From positions 3,330,001 through 3,362,000 of the forward strand of contig NC_016803.1 of NCBI RefSeq assembly GCF_000189295.2: 32,000 bases of DNA, given 5' to 3'. Source of the DNA: Pseudodesulfovibrio mercurii. Its GTDB lineage: Bacteria > Desulfobacterota > Desulfovibrionia > Desulfovibrionales > Desulfovibrionaceae. Below the pieces are notes generated by a model. The model ran no database searches, was not told the origin of the DNA, and saw only the letters and a list, made by a program, of their open reading frames with translations. Below are positions 1 to 7,269 of this stretch, piece by piece. Both the position numbers and the translations under genes were made by a program. Positions within the stretch are counted from its first letter, which is position 1. The number at the start of each line of letters is the position of its first letter.

Positions 1-1
1 C

Positions 2-1168
2 GGGCCGAAGCGGATCATCGCCGTGGACAAGGAAGCGCAGGAACTGATCGTCCTCGAACAGCAGTCGCCCCTGCACGAGGTGCGCCGCTTCCCCTGCACC
101 ACGGGCCAGTCCATGGGCGACAAGGCCGTGGAAGGCGACATGCGCACCCCGGTGGGCGTCTATTTCGTGGGCCACCGCATCAACCGCACGCTGGACTGGG
201 ACCTGTACGGCAACATCGCCTATTCCCTCAATTATCCCAACCCCATCGACCGCATCAAGGGCAAGACCGGGTCCGGCATCTGGCTGCACGGCCGGGGCAA
301 GACCTTCCTGCCGCGCGACACCCTCGGCTGCGTGGCCCTGAAGGTCCCGGACATGAAGGACGTGGCCCTGGACGCGGCCTACGGCACCCCGGTGGTCATC
401 GCCGACGACGTCAACTGGTCCCCGGAGCCTGGCGAGAGCGAGGTCACGGCCCTGACCCTGGCCAAGACCCTCGAGGCCTGGGCCCGCGACTGGGGCGCCA
501 AGGACGAGAAATTCTTTTCCTACTACGACGGCCCGCTGCTCGAACAGTCCGAGGGCCTCGACTTCGAGGGGTTCGAGGAGAACAAGCGCAACATCTTCGC
601 CTCCCAGCCCTGGATTCAGGTCATGGTCGGCAACGTCCGGGCCGTGCCCGGCCCCGGCTACTGGGTGACCTGGTTCGACCAGTACTACCGCACCCAGGGC
701 ATGGCCTCGACCACGGGCAAGCGGTTCTACTGGGTGCAGGACGAACAGGGCGACTGGCGCATCGCCGGGCGCGAGTACGTCCCGGCCTCGGAGCCGCTGG
801 ACGCCCAGTACCTGGCCGCCAAGACCGGGGAGGCCCGCGAGGTGGTCGAGAAGTGGCGCCGCGCATGGCTCGCCGGGGACGTGGCCGCCTACGAGAAATT
901 CTACGAGCCCGACGCCGAGCAAGGGGACCGGCGGGGCGCGACCCGCATCGCCGAATACAAAAAGACGTTGTGGGAGGAGAAACCTCCTGTTACCTTGGAG
1001 GTTGATGATCTGAAAGTCGCTTTGCATCCCAAGGGGCTCAAGGTGGCCTTTGACCAGGTGTACGCCGACGCCAGCGGCTATGGGGACAGGGGGCGCAAGA
1101 CCCTGATCCTGGTACCCGAAGGCGATACCTGGAAAATCGACAGCGAGCAGTGGAGACGGATGAGATGA
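2..1168 (+). CDS. L,D-transpeptidase-fold (YkuD/YafK-like) periplasmic peptidoglycan enzyme with two C-terminal NTF2/SnoaL-like repeats; 5' end probably lies outside the window
   Basis: The frame is open from nt 2. The listed ORF starts at GTG 23 but has no signal peptide, so the gene probably begins upstream. Catalytic-domain motifs: GDMRTPVGVYF, SLNYPNPID, GIWLHGRG and TLGCVAL (the His...Gly-Cys pattern of the YkuD fold). The C-terminal half has two segments with NTF2/SnoaL-type signatures (TLEAWARDWGAKDEKFFSYY; VVEKWRRAWLAGDVAAYEKFY). Confidence 0.75.
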   Translation, partial: GPKRIIAVDKEAQELIVLEQQSPLHEVRRFPCTTGQSMGDKAVEGDMRTPVGVYFVGHRINRTLDWDLYGNIAYSLNYPNPIDRIKGKTGSGIWLHGRGKTFLPRDTLGCVALKVPDMKDVALDAAYGTPVVIADDVNWSPEPGESEVTALTLAKTLEAWARDWGAKDEKFFSYYDGPLLEQSEGLDFEGFEENKRNIFASQPWIQVMVGNVRAVPGPGYWVTWFDQYYRTQGMASTTGKRFYWVQDEQGDWRIAGREYVPASEPLDAQYLAAKTGEAREVVEKWRRAWLAGDVAAYEKFYEPDAEQGDRRGATRIAEYKKTLWEEKPPVTLEVDDLKVALHPKGLKVAFDQVYADASGYGDRGRKTLILVPEGDTWKIDSEQWRRMR

Positions 1169-1872
1169 GCGATTCCAAGTACAGCGTGCTCTTCATGCGC
1201 GACGACCGGGACGTGACCCGGTACCGTCTCAGCCCGTTCTGGTTGAAGATGTTCGTCTTCAGCCAGATATTCCTCCTGCTCTGCGCGGCGGGCGGCATTT
1301 ACATGGGCGTGCGCGGGTTCAGGATCAACGCCGCCCTCCAGTCGGAGAAAAAAGGGCTGGAGCAGAGGCTGGTGGATGCCGAGGTCCGCCTGGAGCGGCT
1401 GGGCAACATGGAGAAGATCCTGGAGTCCTACGACCCGGCGGAGCTGCAGTCCCTGCTGTCGGCGGCCACCACCGAGGCCGAGCAGCCCCAGCCGCGCGAA
1501 GAGGTCAACCTGAACACGATCTTCACCCGCACCGACACCCGCCAGGTGGGGGTCGAGAACATGCAGGCCAAGCTGTCGGGCCGCAAGCTGACCGTCTCCT
1601 TCGAGCTGAACAATCTCCAGGCCTCCAAGTCCATGGCGGGTCAGGCGGATTTCATCTACCTGACCAAGAGCGGCGCGGTCGAGGACGCCGAGACCAACAA
1701 GGACGACCTGTCGTTCCAGATCCAACGCTTCAAGCGCATCCAGACCACCTTCCTCCTGCCCGAGGGCATGGAGCGCAAGGACCTGTTCGGGCTGCGTCTT
1801 GAGATCAAGGGAAAGGATGGCGATGTCATTTTTGCCGAAACGTATCCCTTCTATCACATTCTGGCTTCCTAG
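1165..1872 (+). CDS. Membrane-anchored coiled-coil protein of unknown function
   Basis: ATG 1165 overlaps the upstream TGA (ATGA), and the listed ORF starts at GTG 1150. One N-terminal TM helix (FWLKMFVFSQIFLLLCAAGGIYM) is followed by a heptad-like stretch (SEKKGLEQRLVDAEVRLERLGNMEKILE) and a ~130-aa soluble domain. I recognise no family. Confidence 0.55.
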   Translation: MSDSKYSVLFMRDDRDVTRYRLSPFWLKMFVFSQIFLLLCAAGGIYMGVRGFRINAALQSEKKGLEQRLVDAEVRLERLGNMEKILESYDPAELQSLLSAATTEAEQPQPREEVNLNTIFTRTDTRQVGVENMQAKLSGRKLTVSFELNNLQASKSMAGQADFIYLTKSGAVEDAETNKDDLSFQIQRFKRIQTTFLLPEGMERKDLFGLRLEIKGKDGDVIFAETYPFYHILAS

Positions 1873-3589
1873 CCTGATCCTTCTCGTCTTCGCCTCCACC
1901 GCCCCGGCCGGGTCGTGGGAGCATTCCTTTTTCGCGGGCACCCAATATCCCCTCAAGGTCACCTACCTCCAGGGCGAACAGCCCGGCCCCACGGTCATGG
2001 TCCAGGGCGGCATCCAGGGCGACGAGTCCTCGGGATACATCACGGCCCAGCTCCTCTCCCGGTCCACGGTCCTGCGCGGCAACCTGATCGTCCTGCCGCG
2101 CGCCAACGTGCCGTCCATCAACCTGTGCAAGCGGCAGATCAACGTGGACATGAACCGGCGCTTCGACCAGAACTACAACCGCTTCTACGAGGACCGCGTG
2201 GCCAGGGTCATCCGTTTCCTGCTCAACCAGGCGGACGCCTTCATCCACCTGCACGAGGGCAGCGGCTTCTACAACCCGACCTACGTGGACAACCTGCGCA
2301 ACCCCAAGCGGTACGGCCAGTCCATCATCGTGGATACCCTGGTCTACAACAAGATCGACCTGGCCCGGACCGTCAACTCGGTGCTGGACGAGCTGAACGA
2401 CAACATCGACGCCAGCGACTACAAGTTCAAGCTGTTCAACACCCGGACCTTCGACCAGGGGACCAGCTACCCGGAGATGCGCAAGTCCCTGACCTGCTAC
2501 GCCCTGGCCGAGCACAACATCCCGGCCATGGCCGTGGAGGTCTCCAAGTCCATCACCCAGATCGGCTGGAAGGTCCGCCAGCAGCTGACCGCCACGCGCA
2601 TGCTCCTGCACCGGCTGGGCGTGGAGCTGACCCCGCCGGAGTTCACGGACGAAGACGTCCAGGCCTATGCCCGCACCGGGGTGGAGGTCCAGGTCAACGG
2701 CCGCACGCTCGGCCGCGACGGGGTCATCAACCTGGCCCCGGGCACGACCCTGGCCGTGAAGCCCGTGTCCTCGGGGTCGAGCGAGTTTTCCCCGGAACTG
2801 GCCCTGTTCGCCTCGGACCGGCCCGGCGTGAACCTGATCAGCGCCCGGCGCATGGTCCTGGAGCCGTTCTCGGAGCTGGAGCTGCGCTCGGACGGGCGCA
2901 AGGTGGCCGAGGCCAAGGTCCGCTGGACCGGCAAGCTGCCGAGCGCGCCCGGCGACGACACCCCGGTGTTCGTCTGCTGGCTCAACGGCAACCCGGTCTT
3001 CGTGCGCGACGGCGAGACCCTGCACGCGGTGCTCGGCGATCAGCTCATCCTGGAGGGCATGTGGGGCAGCGACCTCAAGGAGGTCATCAATCTCAAGGGG
3101 TTCGTGGCCATCCCCTGGGCCAACAACGGCCAGGACCTGGGCTGGGAGATCATCCTGGACCCGGACAATTTCATGGCCAAGTACGCCCTCGCGTCCGACC
3201 GGCCCGGCGCGACCCGTTTCCGGGTGGCCCGCGAGACGCCCGGCGCGCCCGAGGCGAATTTCTACGTGGACATCCGACCGCGCACGGTCCTGGCCCTGCG
3301 GCTGGGCGACCGGCACGGCCAGAATCTGCTCGTGCCCTTCATCGCGGGCGGCAGCTATCGCCTGCCCGAGGGCGAGTACGTGTTCGAGTCCGCCTGGAGC
3401 AACGGCCCGGACGACAAGCTGCTGGCCACGGCAGGAGACAGGCCCATCGACGAGGGCCAGTCCTTCACCGTGGAGTACAGCCGTCCGCTCGAGCTGACCG
3501 TGCGCCAAGCCACGACCTTCGGGGACATCGGGACCATGACCTTCACCGCTGGCGGCCTGGCCAGCCGGGAGACCCCCGGCCTGCGCTAG
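1817..3589 (+). CDS. M14/M99-family (Csd4/Pgp1-like) metallocarboxypeptidase with large C-terminal beta-rich extension
   Basis: Signal peptide MSFLPKRIPSITFWLPSLILLVFASTAPA-GS; the start is ATG 1817 or 1823, after a purine-rich AAGGGAAAGG. Catalytic-domain motifs: GGIQGDESSG (QxxE where canonical M14 has HxxE), NVDMNRRF, and FIHLHEGSGFY (third ligand His). About 300 aa follow the catalytic domain. Confidence 0.75.
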   Translation: MAMSFLPKRIPSITFWLPSLILLVFASTAPAGSWEHSFFAGTQYPLKVTYLQGEQPGPTVMVQGGIQGDESSGYITAQLLSRSTVLRGNLIVLPRANVPSINLCKRQINVDMNRRFDQNYNRFYEDRVARVIRFLLNQADAFIHLHEGSGFYNPTYVDNLRNPKRYGQSIIVDTLVYNKIDLARTVNSVLDELNDNIDASDYKFKLFNTRTFDQGTSYPEMRKSLTCYALAEHNIPAMAVEVSKSITQIGWKVRQQLTATRMLLHRLGVELTPPEFTDEDVQAYARTGVEVQVNGRTLGRDGVINLAPGTTLAVKPVSSGSSEFSPELALFASDRPGVNLISARRMVLEPFSELELRSDGRKVAEAKVRWTGKLPSAPGDDTPVFVCWLNGNPVFVRDGETLHAVLGDQLILEGMWGSDLKEVINLKGFVAIPWANNGQDLGWEIILDPDNFMAKYALASDRPGATRFRVARETPGAPEANFYVDIRPRTVLALRLGDRHGQNLLVPFIAGGSYRLPEGEYVFESAWSNGPDDKLLATAGDRPIDEGQSFTVEYSRPLELTVRQATTFGDIGTMTFTAGGLASRETPGLR

Positions 3590-3609
3590 GACGCGCCGAC
3601 GGCGTCCGG

Positions 3610-3665
3610 CCCCACGCGACAAGCCCCCGTCCGGAATCGTCCGGACGGGGGCTTGTCGCGTGGGG
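3610..3665. terminator. Perfect 26-bp-stem / 4-nt-loop hairpin between convergent genes (probable bidirectional terminator)
   Basis: 3610-3635 (ccccacgcgacaagcccccgtccgga) is the exact reverse complement of 3640-3665, with loop atcg. It lies between the + gene ending at 3589 and the - gene ending at 3679. No U-tract on either side. Confidence 0.5.
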
Positions 3666-3678
3666 GCCGGCGGCGTGG

Positions 3679-3930
3679 TCAGCCCATGAGCAGGCCGACG
3701 AGGACCAGGGGCGCGCCCAGGCAGAGGAGCACGGCCGCGAACGCGCCCGCTCCGTACAGGAACAGCACGGCGGCCACGGCCAGCAGAAGGGTCCCGCAGG
3801 TCACGGCCACGCGCGGCGGGAGGGTCATCTTTCGGGCCACGGCATCGCCGGGGCGCTGCACGGCCCGGCCGCAACGGCGGCACTGATGGTCTTGCGGGCG
3901 GAGGATCGCCCCACAGCTCAAACACTTCAT
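3679..3930 (-). CDS. Small zinc-ribbon membrane protein
   Basis: MKCLSCGAILRPQDHQCRRCG (CxxC...CxxC) is followed by a ~45-aa hydrophobic stretch (probably two TM segments). The start at ATG 3930 is preferred over the upstream ATG 4008, which would overlap the PAP2 gene. The SD is weak. Confidence 0.45.
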   Translation of the reverse strand: MKCLSCGAILRPQDHQCRRCGRAVQRPGDAVARKMTLPPRVAVTCGTLLLAVAAVLFLYGAGAFAAVLLCLGAPLVLVGLLMG

Positions 3931-3994
3931 GGACAGCCCGTTAGCACAGTTCCCTGTTGGAGAAAACCCTTTATTTCGGTGGGTTGAGGGAAGT

Positions 3995-4624
3995 CTAATC
4001 CGTGGCACGGCCGTCCGTGGGATGCAGGAGCCGCCAGCCCCAGACCGCGGCGGTTACGCCGATGAACGCGCCGAAGAGCACGTCCGAGGGGTAGTGCTTC
4101 AGGGCCAGGACGCGGCTTATGCCCACGATCACGGCCAGGGCCAGGGCGGGCGTGCGCAGCCTGGGCAGGACCAGCCCCAGGGCGGTCATGGACGAGAAGA
4201 TGCGCAGGGTGTGGCCCGAGGGGAAGGAACAGTGCATGTAGTCCCCGGCCATGGGGAAGAAGCCGTACACCTGCTTGGTGAAGAGCAGGGGCGGCCGGGC
4301 CCGGCCGAAGAGTTCCTTGAGCACGTCGCCCACCAGCATGGCGGAGGCCACGGACAGGCTGACATAGAGCAGGTTGCGCGCGCGGGCCGAGGGCCCGTTG
4401 GCCAGCCGGTCCACGGCCCCGGCCAGGAGCATCGCGGCGGCCAGGACGTTGAAGAAAAATTCGTTGGCCGCCTGGGACAGGAGCCCGGCCCCCTTGTGCC
4501 AGACCGTGTCGCGCAGGGTCAGGGCGGCCTCGGCCACGGGCCGGTCCACGAACAGGTAGCAGATCACGATGAGCAGTCCGGTGGCCAGGGCGATGAGGCC
4601 GGTGCGGGTCAGGAGGGTGCGCAT
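3995..4624 (-). CDS. PAP2-family (acid phosphatase / lipid phosphate phosphatase) membrane protein
   Basis: All three PAP2 signature blocks are present: KELFGRARP, SFPSGH, SRVLALKHYPSD. The protein is polytopic and hydrophobic. An SD (AAAGGAAC) precedes ATG 4624. Confidence 0.85.
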   Translation of the reverse strand: MRTLLTRTGLIALATGLLIVICYLFVDRPVAEAALTLRDTVWHKGAGLLSQAANEFFFNVLAAAMLLAGAVDRLANGPSARARNLLYVSLSVASAMLVGDVLKELFGRARPPLLFTKQVYGFFPMAGDYMHCSFPSGHTLRIFSSMTALGLVLPRLRTPALALAVIVGISRVLALKHYPSDVLFGAFIGVTAAVWGWRLLHPTDGRATD

Positions 4625-4667
4625 GGTCGGGTTCCTTTCAGGGCGTGCGTCGGGTCGCGCGGGCGGC

Positions 4668-5648
4668 CTAGTCGTAGATTTCGGGGTTGAGGCAGGTCTC
4701 GGGTTTTTTGCCCTCGAGCATGGCCAGCAGGTTGCGGGCGGCCAGCACGGACATGTCCGTGCGCGCCGAGGCCGTGCCCGAGCCTATGTGCGGCAGCAGA
4801 ACCACGTTGGTCAGTTCGGCCAGGCCGGGGGTCAGGGCGGGTTCGTGTTCGTACACGTCGAGCCCCGCGCCCGCGATCTCGCCCGCCCTGAGGGCCGCGA
4901 GCAGGGCCTGCTCGTCGATGACCGGGCCGCGCGCCGTGTTGACGAGGTAGGCGGTCCGCTTCATGCGCCGGAAGGCCTCGGCCCCGAACAGGTGCCGGGT
5001 GGAGGGGGTCAGGGGGGTGTGCAGGGAGATGAAGTCCGACTGCTCCAGCAGCTCCTCGAAGGGGACCAGCCGGGCGTTCAGCTCGGCGTCCAGGACCGCG
5101 TTCCGGCGGCCCGAGGAGCTGGTGTACAGGACCGGCATGTCGAAGCCCCGGCTCATGCGGGCCATGGCCGTGCCGATGCGGCCCGCGCCGACGATGCCCA
5201 GCGTCTTGCCGCTCACGTCTCCGCCGATGAACTGCATGGGACCCCAGCCGGGCCAGTCGCCCGAGCGCATGACCGCGTCCGATTCGACCACCCGCCGGGC
5301 CACGGCCAGGAGCAGGGCCCAGGCGCACTCGGCCGTGGCGTTGGTCAGGACATCCGGGGTGTTGGACACGGGAAGTTTGCGCCGGGTGGCCTCGGGCACG
5401 TCGATGTTGTCGAAGCCCACGGCGTAGTTGGCGTACCCCTTGAGCCCGGGGGCGGCGTCGAAAAAGGCGGCGTCGATGCGCTCGGTGAGTAGACCGATGA
5501 CGCCCTGGCAGTCCGCGATGCGCTCGAAGAGTTCCTCGCGGGTCACGGGCCGGTCTTCGGTGTTGACCTCCACGTCGGCCGCCTGCCGGAGCAGGTCGAT
5601 GCCCGCACGGGGAATCTCCCGGGTGATGTATACCTTGGGTCTGGCCAT
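4668..5648 (-). CDS. NAD(P)-dependent D-2-hydroxyacid dehydrogenase (glyoxylate/hydroxypyruvate reductase-like)
   Basis: Starts MARPKVYITREIP at ATG 5648, preceded by an AAGGAG SD. Rossmann motif GIVGAGRIGTAMA; catalytic blocks LVNTARGPVID, DVYEHEP, PHIGSGT. The listed 404-aa ORF extends upstream across the tRNA gene, and that extension is not coding. Confidence 0.9.
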   Translation of the reverse strand: MARPKVYITREIPRAGIDLLRQAADVEVNTEDRPVTREELFERIADCQGVIGLLTERIDAAFFDAAPGLKGYANYAVGFDNIDVPEATRRKLPVSNTPDVLTNATAECAWALLLAVARRVVESDAVMRSGDWPGWGPMQFIGGDVSGKTLGIVGAGRIGTAMARMSRGFDMPVLYTSSSGRRNAVLDAELNARLVPFEELLEQSDFISLHTPLTPSTRHLFGAEAFRRMKRTAYLVNTARGPVIDEQALLAALRAGEIAGAGLDVYEHEPALTPGLAELTNVVLLPHIGSGTASARTDMSVLAARNLLAMLEGKKPETCLNPEIYD

Positions 5649-5733
5649 TGCGCTCTCCTTGGTGTTTTCCGCAGCATGCGGTCCTCTGGCCGCGGAGTCA
5701 ATGGGCGGGAGTCGACGGGCGGGTGAAAGGACG

Positions 5734-5770
5734 TGAAAAACCCCCTGTGGGCAAGGCCTCCAGGGGGTTT
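5734..5770 (-). terminator. Rho-independent terminator downstream of tRNA-Arg
   Basis: On the minus strand: stem CCCCCTG / CAGGGGG (plus-strand coordinates 5761-5767 and 5741-5747), a 13-nt loop, then a U5 run (plus-strand aaaaa, 5736-5740). Confidence 0.6.
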
Positions 5771-5778
5771 CACTTTCG

Positions 5779-5855
5779 TGGTGCGCCCGGCACGATTCGA
5801 ACGTGCGATCTTTCGGTTCGTAGCCGAATGCTCTATCCAGCTGAGCCACGGGCGC
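5779..5855 (-). tRNA. tRNA-Arg (anticodon ACG)
   Basis: The reverse complement reads GCGCCCGTGGCTCAGCTGGATAGAGCATTCGGCTACGAACCGAAAGATCGCACGTTCGAATCGTGCCGGGCGCACCA. It folds as a cloverleaf: 7-bp acceptor stem, D-arm GCTC/GAGC, anticodon stem TTCGG/CCGAA with loop CTACGAA, T-arm GCACG/CGTGC with TTCGAAT, and an encoded CCA. Confidence 0.95.
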
Positions 5856-5869
5856 GCTAAGGAAGTGAC

Positions 5870-5898
5870 TATTTATGCCCAAGCGTCCGGGGCGTCAA
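5870..5898 (-). promoter_or_regulatory. Sigma-70-type promoter for tRNA-Arg
   Basis: On the minus strand: TTGACG (5898-5893), a 17-nt spacer, then TAAATA (5875-5870). The -10 element ends ~14 nt upstream of the mature tRNA 5' end. Confidence 0.55.
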
Positions 5899-5907
5899 GG
5901 GCTTTTT

Positions 5908-6339
5908 TCAGGAATTTTTCAGTTTGGTGGTGAAATTGTCCTCCGGGCCGCCGGACAGGGTGGCGGACCGCCCGTCCACGCGGATGAGCTCCACGTCCGG
6001 GTTTGCCGCCAGCTCCGCCATCTGCGGGAATTTCATAAGGAAGAGGCGGGTGATGGCCTCCGCTGTCTGGCGCTTCCGGATGGGTGAATAGACCCCCTGG
6101 ATGGACAGGGCGAGGTCCTGGTCCCGCCGGTCGATCATCAGGCAGACGTGGGGGTGCTCCCGCATGTTGCGGTTTTTCTGCGAGGACGCGGGCGACAGGA
6201 AATAGAATTTCATGGCCGCATGGTCCGCGAAGAAGCGCATGAGGGAACAGTGGAGCCGCACGCCGTCCGTGGTGGCCAGCACGCAGGTCTCTTCTCCGGT
6301 GATCAGGTCGTCGATGAGGTGCATTTTTTCCTTGCTCAT
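5908..6339 (-). CDS. Pyridoxamine 5'-phosphate oxidase-like FMN-binding split-barrel protein
   Basis: 143 aa. The pattern TCVLATTDGVRLHCSLMRFFADHAAMKFYFLSPASSQKNRNMREHPHVCLMID is typical of the PNPOx-like/general stress protein 26 fold. Confidence 0.7.
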   Translation of the reverse strand: MSKEKMHLIDDLITGEETCVLATTDGVRLHCSLMRFFADHAAMKFYFLSPASSQKNRNMREHPHVCLMIDRRDQDLALSIQGVYSPIRKRQTAEAITRLFLMKFPQMAELAANPDVELIRVDGRSATLSGGPEDNFTTKLKNS

Positions 6340-6371
6340 GGAGTTTCCCTACGGCAACTTCAGGAGGTCCG

Positions 6372-6383
6372 CCATTATAATGG
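6372..6383. promoter_or_regulatory. 12-bp perfect palindrome CCATTATAATGG carrying a TATAAT hexamer on both strands, in a 54-bp divergent intergenic region
   Basis: Read directly from the sequence. TATAAT is at 6376-6381 (+), and the reverse complement of 6374-6379 is also TATAAT. There are no good -35 elements. Confidence 0.3.
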
Positions 6384-6393
6384 ATACCGTGTC

Positions 6394-7071
6394 ATGCCCA
6401 CCCTCGAAGAAAATATCCTGCACAGCGAAGCCCTGCTGACCGGCCTGCTCGGCCGGTGCGATCCGGTCCGCGTCCGCGTGGCCTGGACCGGGGGCAAGGA
6501 CTCCACCGTGGTCCTGTTCCTGTGGAAGGCGTTGCTCGGCCAGGCCGGGGCCGGGCCGGTGCGGGCCATCAACCTGGACACGGGCTGCAAGTTCCCGGAG
6601 GTCCTGGCCTTCCGCGACCGGATCGCGGCGGAGTGGGGCGTGGACCTGTTCATCGCCCGGCCCGAGGTTCCGCTGGCTGGCTACCCCCTGGCCCGGGACC
6701 CGCTGACCTGCTGCCGCGACCTCAAGGTCCTGCCGCTCAAGCGGGCCGTGCGGGAGACCGCCGCCGACTTCCTCCTGACCGGCATCCGCCGGGATGAGCA
6801 CCCGGACCGCGTCGGACGGCTGGAGCTGGAGGAACGCGACGACCCGCCGCACATCCTGGTCAATCCCCTGCTGGACTGGACGGAGACCGACATCTGGGCC
6901 TTCCACGCCCGCTTCGACCTGCCCCATTGCGAACTCTACGACCAGGGCTACCGCTCCCTGGGCTGCCGCCCCTGCACCACGCTCCCGGACGGAGCGGGGG
7001 GCGAGCGGTCCGGCCGCTCCAGGGACAAGGAAGCGGTCCTGTCCGCCCTGACCGGCCTGGGCTATTTCTGA
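6394..7071 (+). CDS. PAPS/APS reductase family protein (CysH-like, Fe-S type, lacking the C-terminal catalytic Cys motif)
   Basis: Starts MPTLEENIL at ATG 6394; the listed ORF start at 6148 overlaps the divergent gene. PP-loop-like WTGGKDSTVV; CCRDLKVLPLKRAV and GYRSLGCRPCT match the CC...CxxC cluster motif of assimilatory APS reductases. No ECGLH-type tail. Confidence 0.8.
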   Translation: MPTLEENILHSEALLTGLLGRCDPVRVRVAWTGGKDSTVVLFLWKALLGQAGAGPVRAINLDTGCKFPEVLAFRDRIAAEWGVDLFIARPEVPLAGYPLARDPLTCCRDLKVLPLKRAVRETAADFLLTGIRRDEHPDRVGRLELEERDDPPHILVNPLLDWTETDIWAFHARFDLPHCELYDQGYRSLGCRPCTTLPDGAGGERSGRSRDKEAVLSALTGLGYF

Positions 7072-7193
7072 TCGGAAACCGCCTTGCGCCCGAACGGGCC
7101 GGAGGCCCCGCCCAGCGGATCACGGCCCGTTGCCCGGCATATTCCCCGCCGCCTTCTGGGTAATTTCTCCAAAAACGTCATTGTCTAATTTTA

Positions 7194-7209
7194 ATATGTG
7201 AATACATAT
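7194..7209. promoter_or_regulatory. Palindrome ATATGT-GAAT-ACATAT in the AT-rich ech upstream region (candidate operator)
   Basis: Inverted repeat read directly from the sequence. It lies in the AT-rich island at about 7150-7300, upstream of echA. Confidence 0.25.
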
Positions 7210-7253
7210 GGTTATGACATTTCAAAGAAAGAATAAAATGTCGAGTTTGGGCC

Positions 7254-7269
7254 TTGACCTGGGAGTCAA
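7254..7269. promoter_or_regulatory. Palindrome TTGAC-CTGGGA-GTCAA (CRP/FNR-like geometry; the left half could double as a -35 element)
   Basis: Perfect 5-bp half-sites separated by 6 nt. TTGACC-N17-TATGGA could also be read as a weak sigma-70 promoter, which would give a leader of roughly 105 nt to echA. Confidence 0.3.

Noticed and set aside
1826-3925. Very long ORFs antisense to or overlapping the called genes. Examples: 1826-3925(-) 699 aa, 1915-3987(+) 690 aa, 7569-9305(-), 10184-11869(-), 12408-13952(-), 14167-16278(+), 16404-19418(-) 1004 aa, 24719-26830(-), 28379-31174(+) 931 aa.
   Set aside because: Their translations are Arg/Gly/Pro/Ala/His-rich low-complexity strings with no recognisable motifs. 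Each lies opposite or out of frame to a gene with clear family signatures. Such shadow ORFs are expected at ~64% GC, where stop codons are rare.
5649-5882. N-terminal extension of the dehydrogenase ORF (404 aa version) running through 5779-5855.
   Set aside because: The extension is the translation of the tRNA-Arg gene and its terminator. The homology-consistent start MARPKVY at 5648 has a good AAGGAG SD.
5650-5910. tRNA-Arg as an integration hotspot marking a genomic island.
   Set aside because: No integrase, no direct repeat of the tRNA 3' end that I could spot, and the neighbouring genes are ordinary housekeeping-type with host-like composition.
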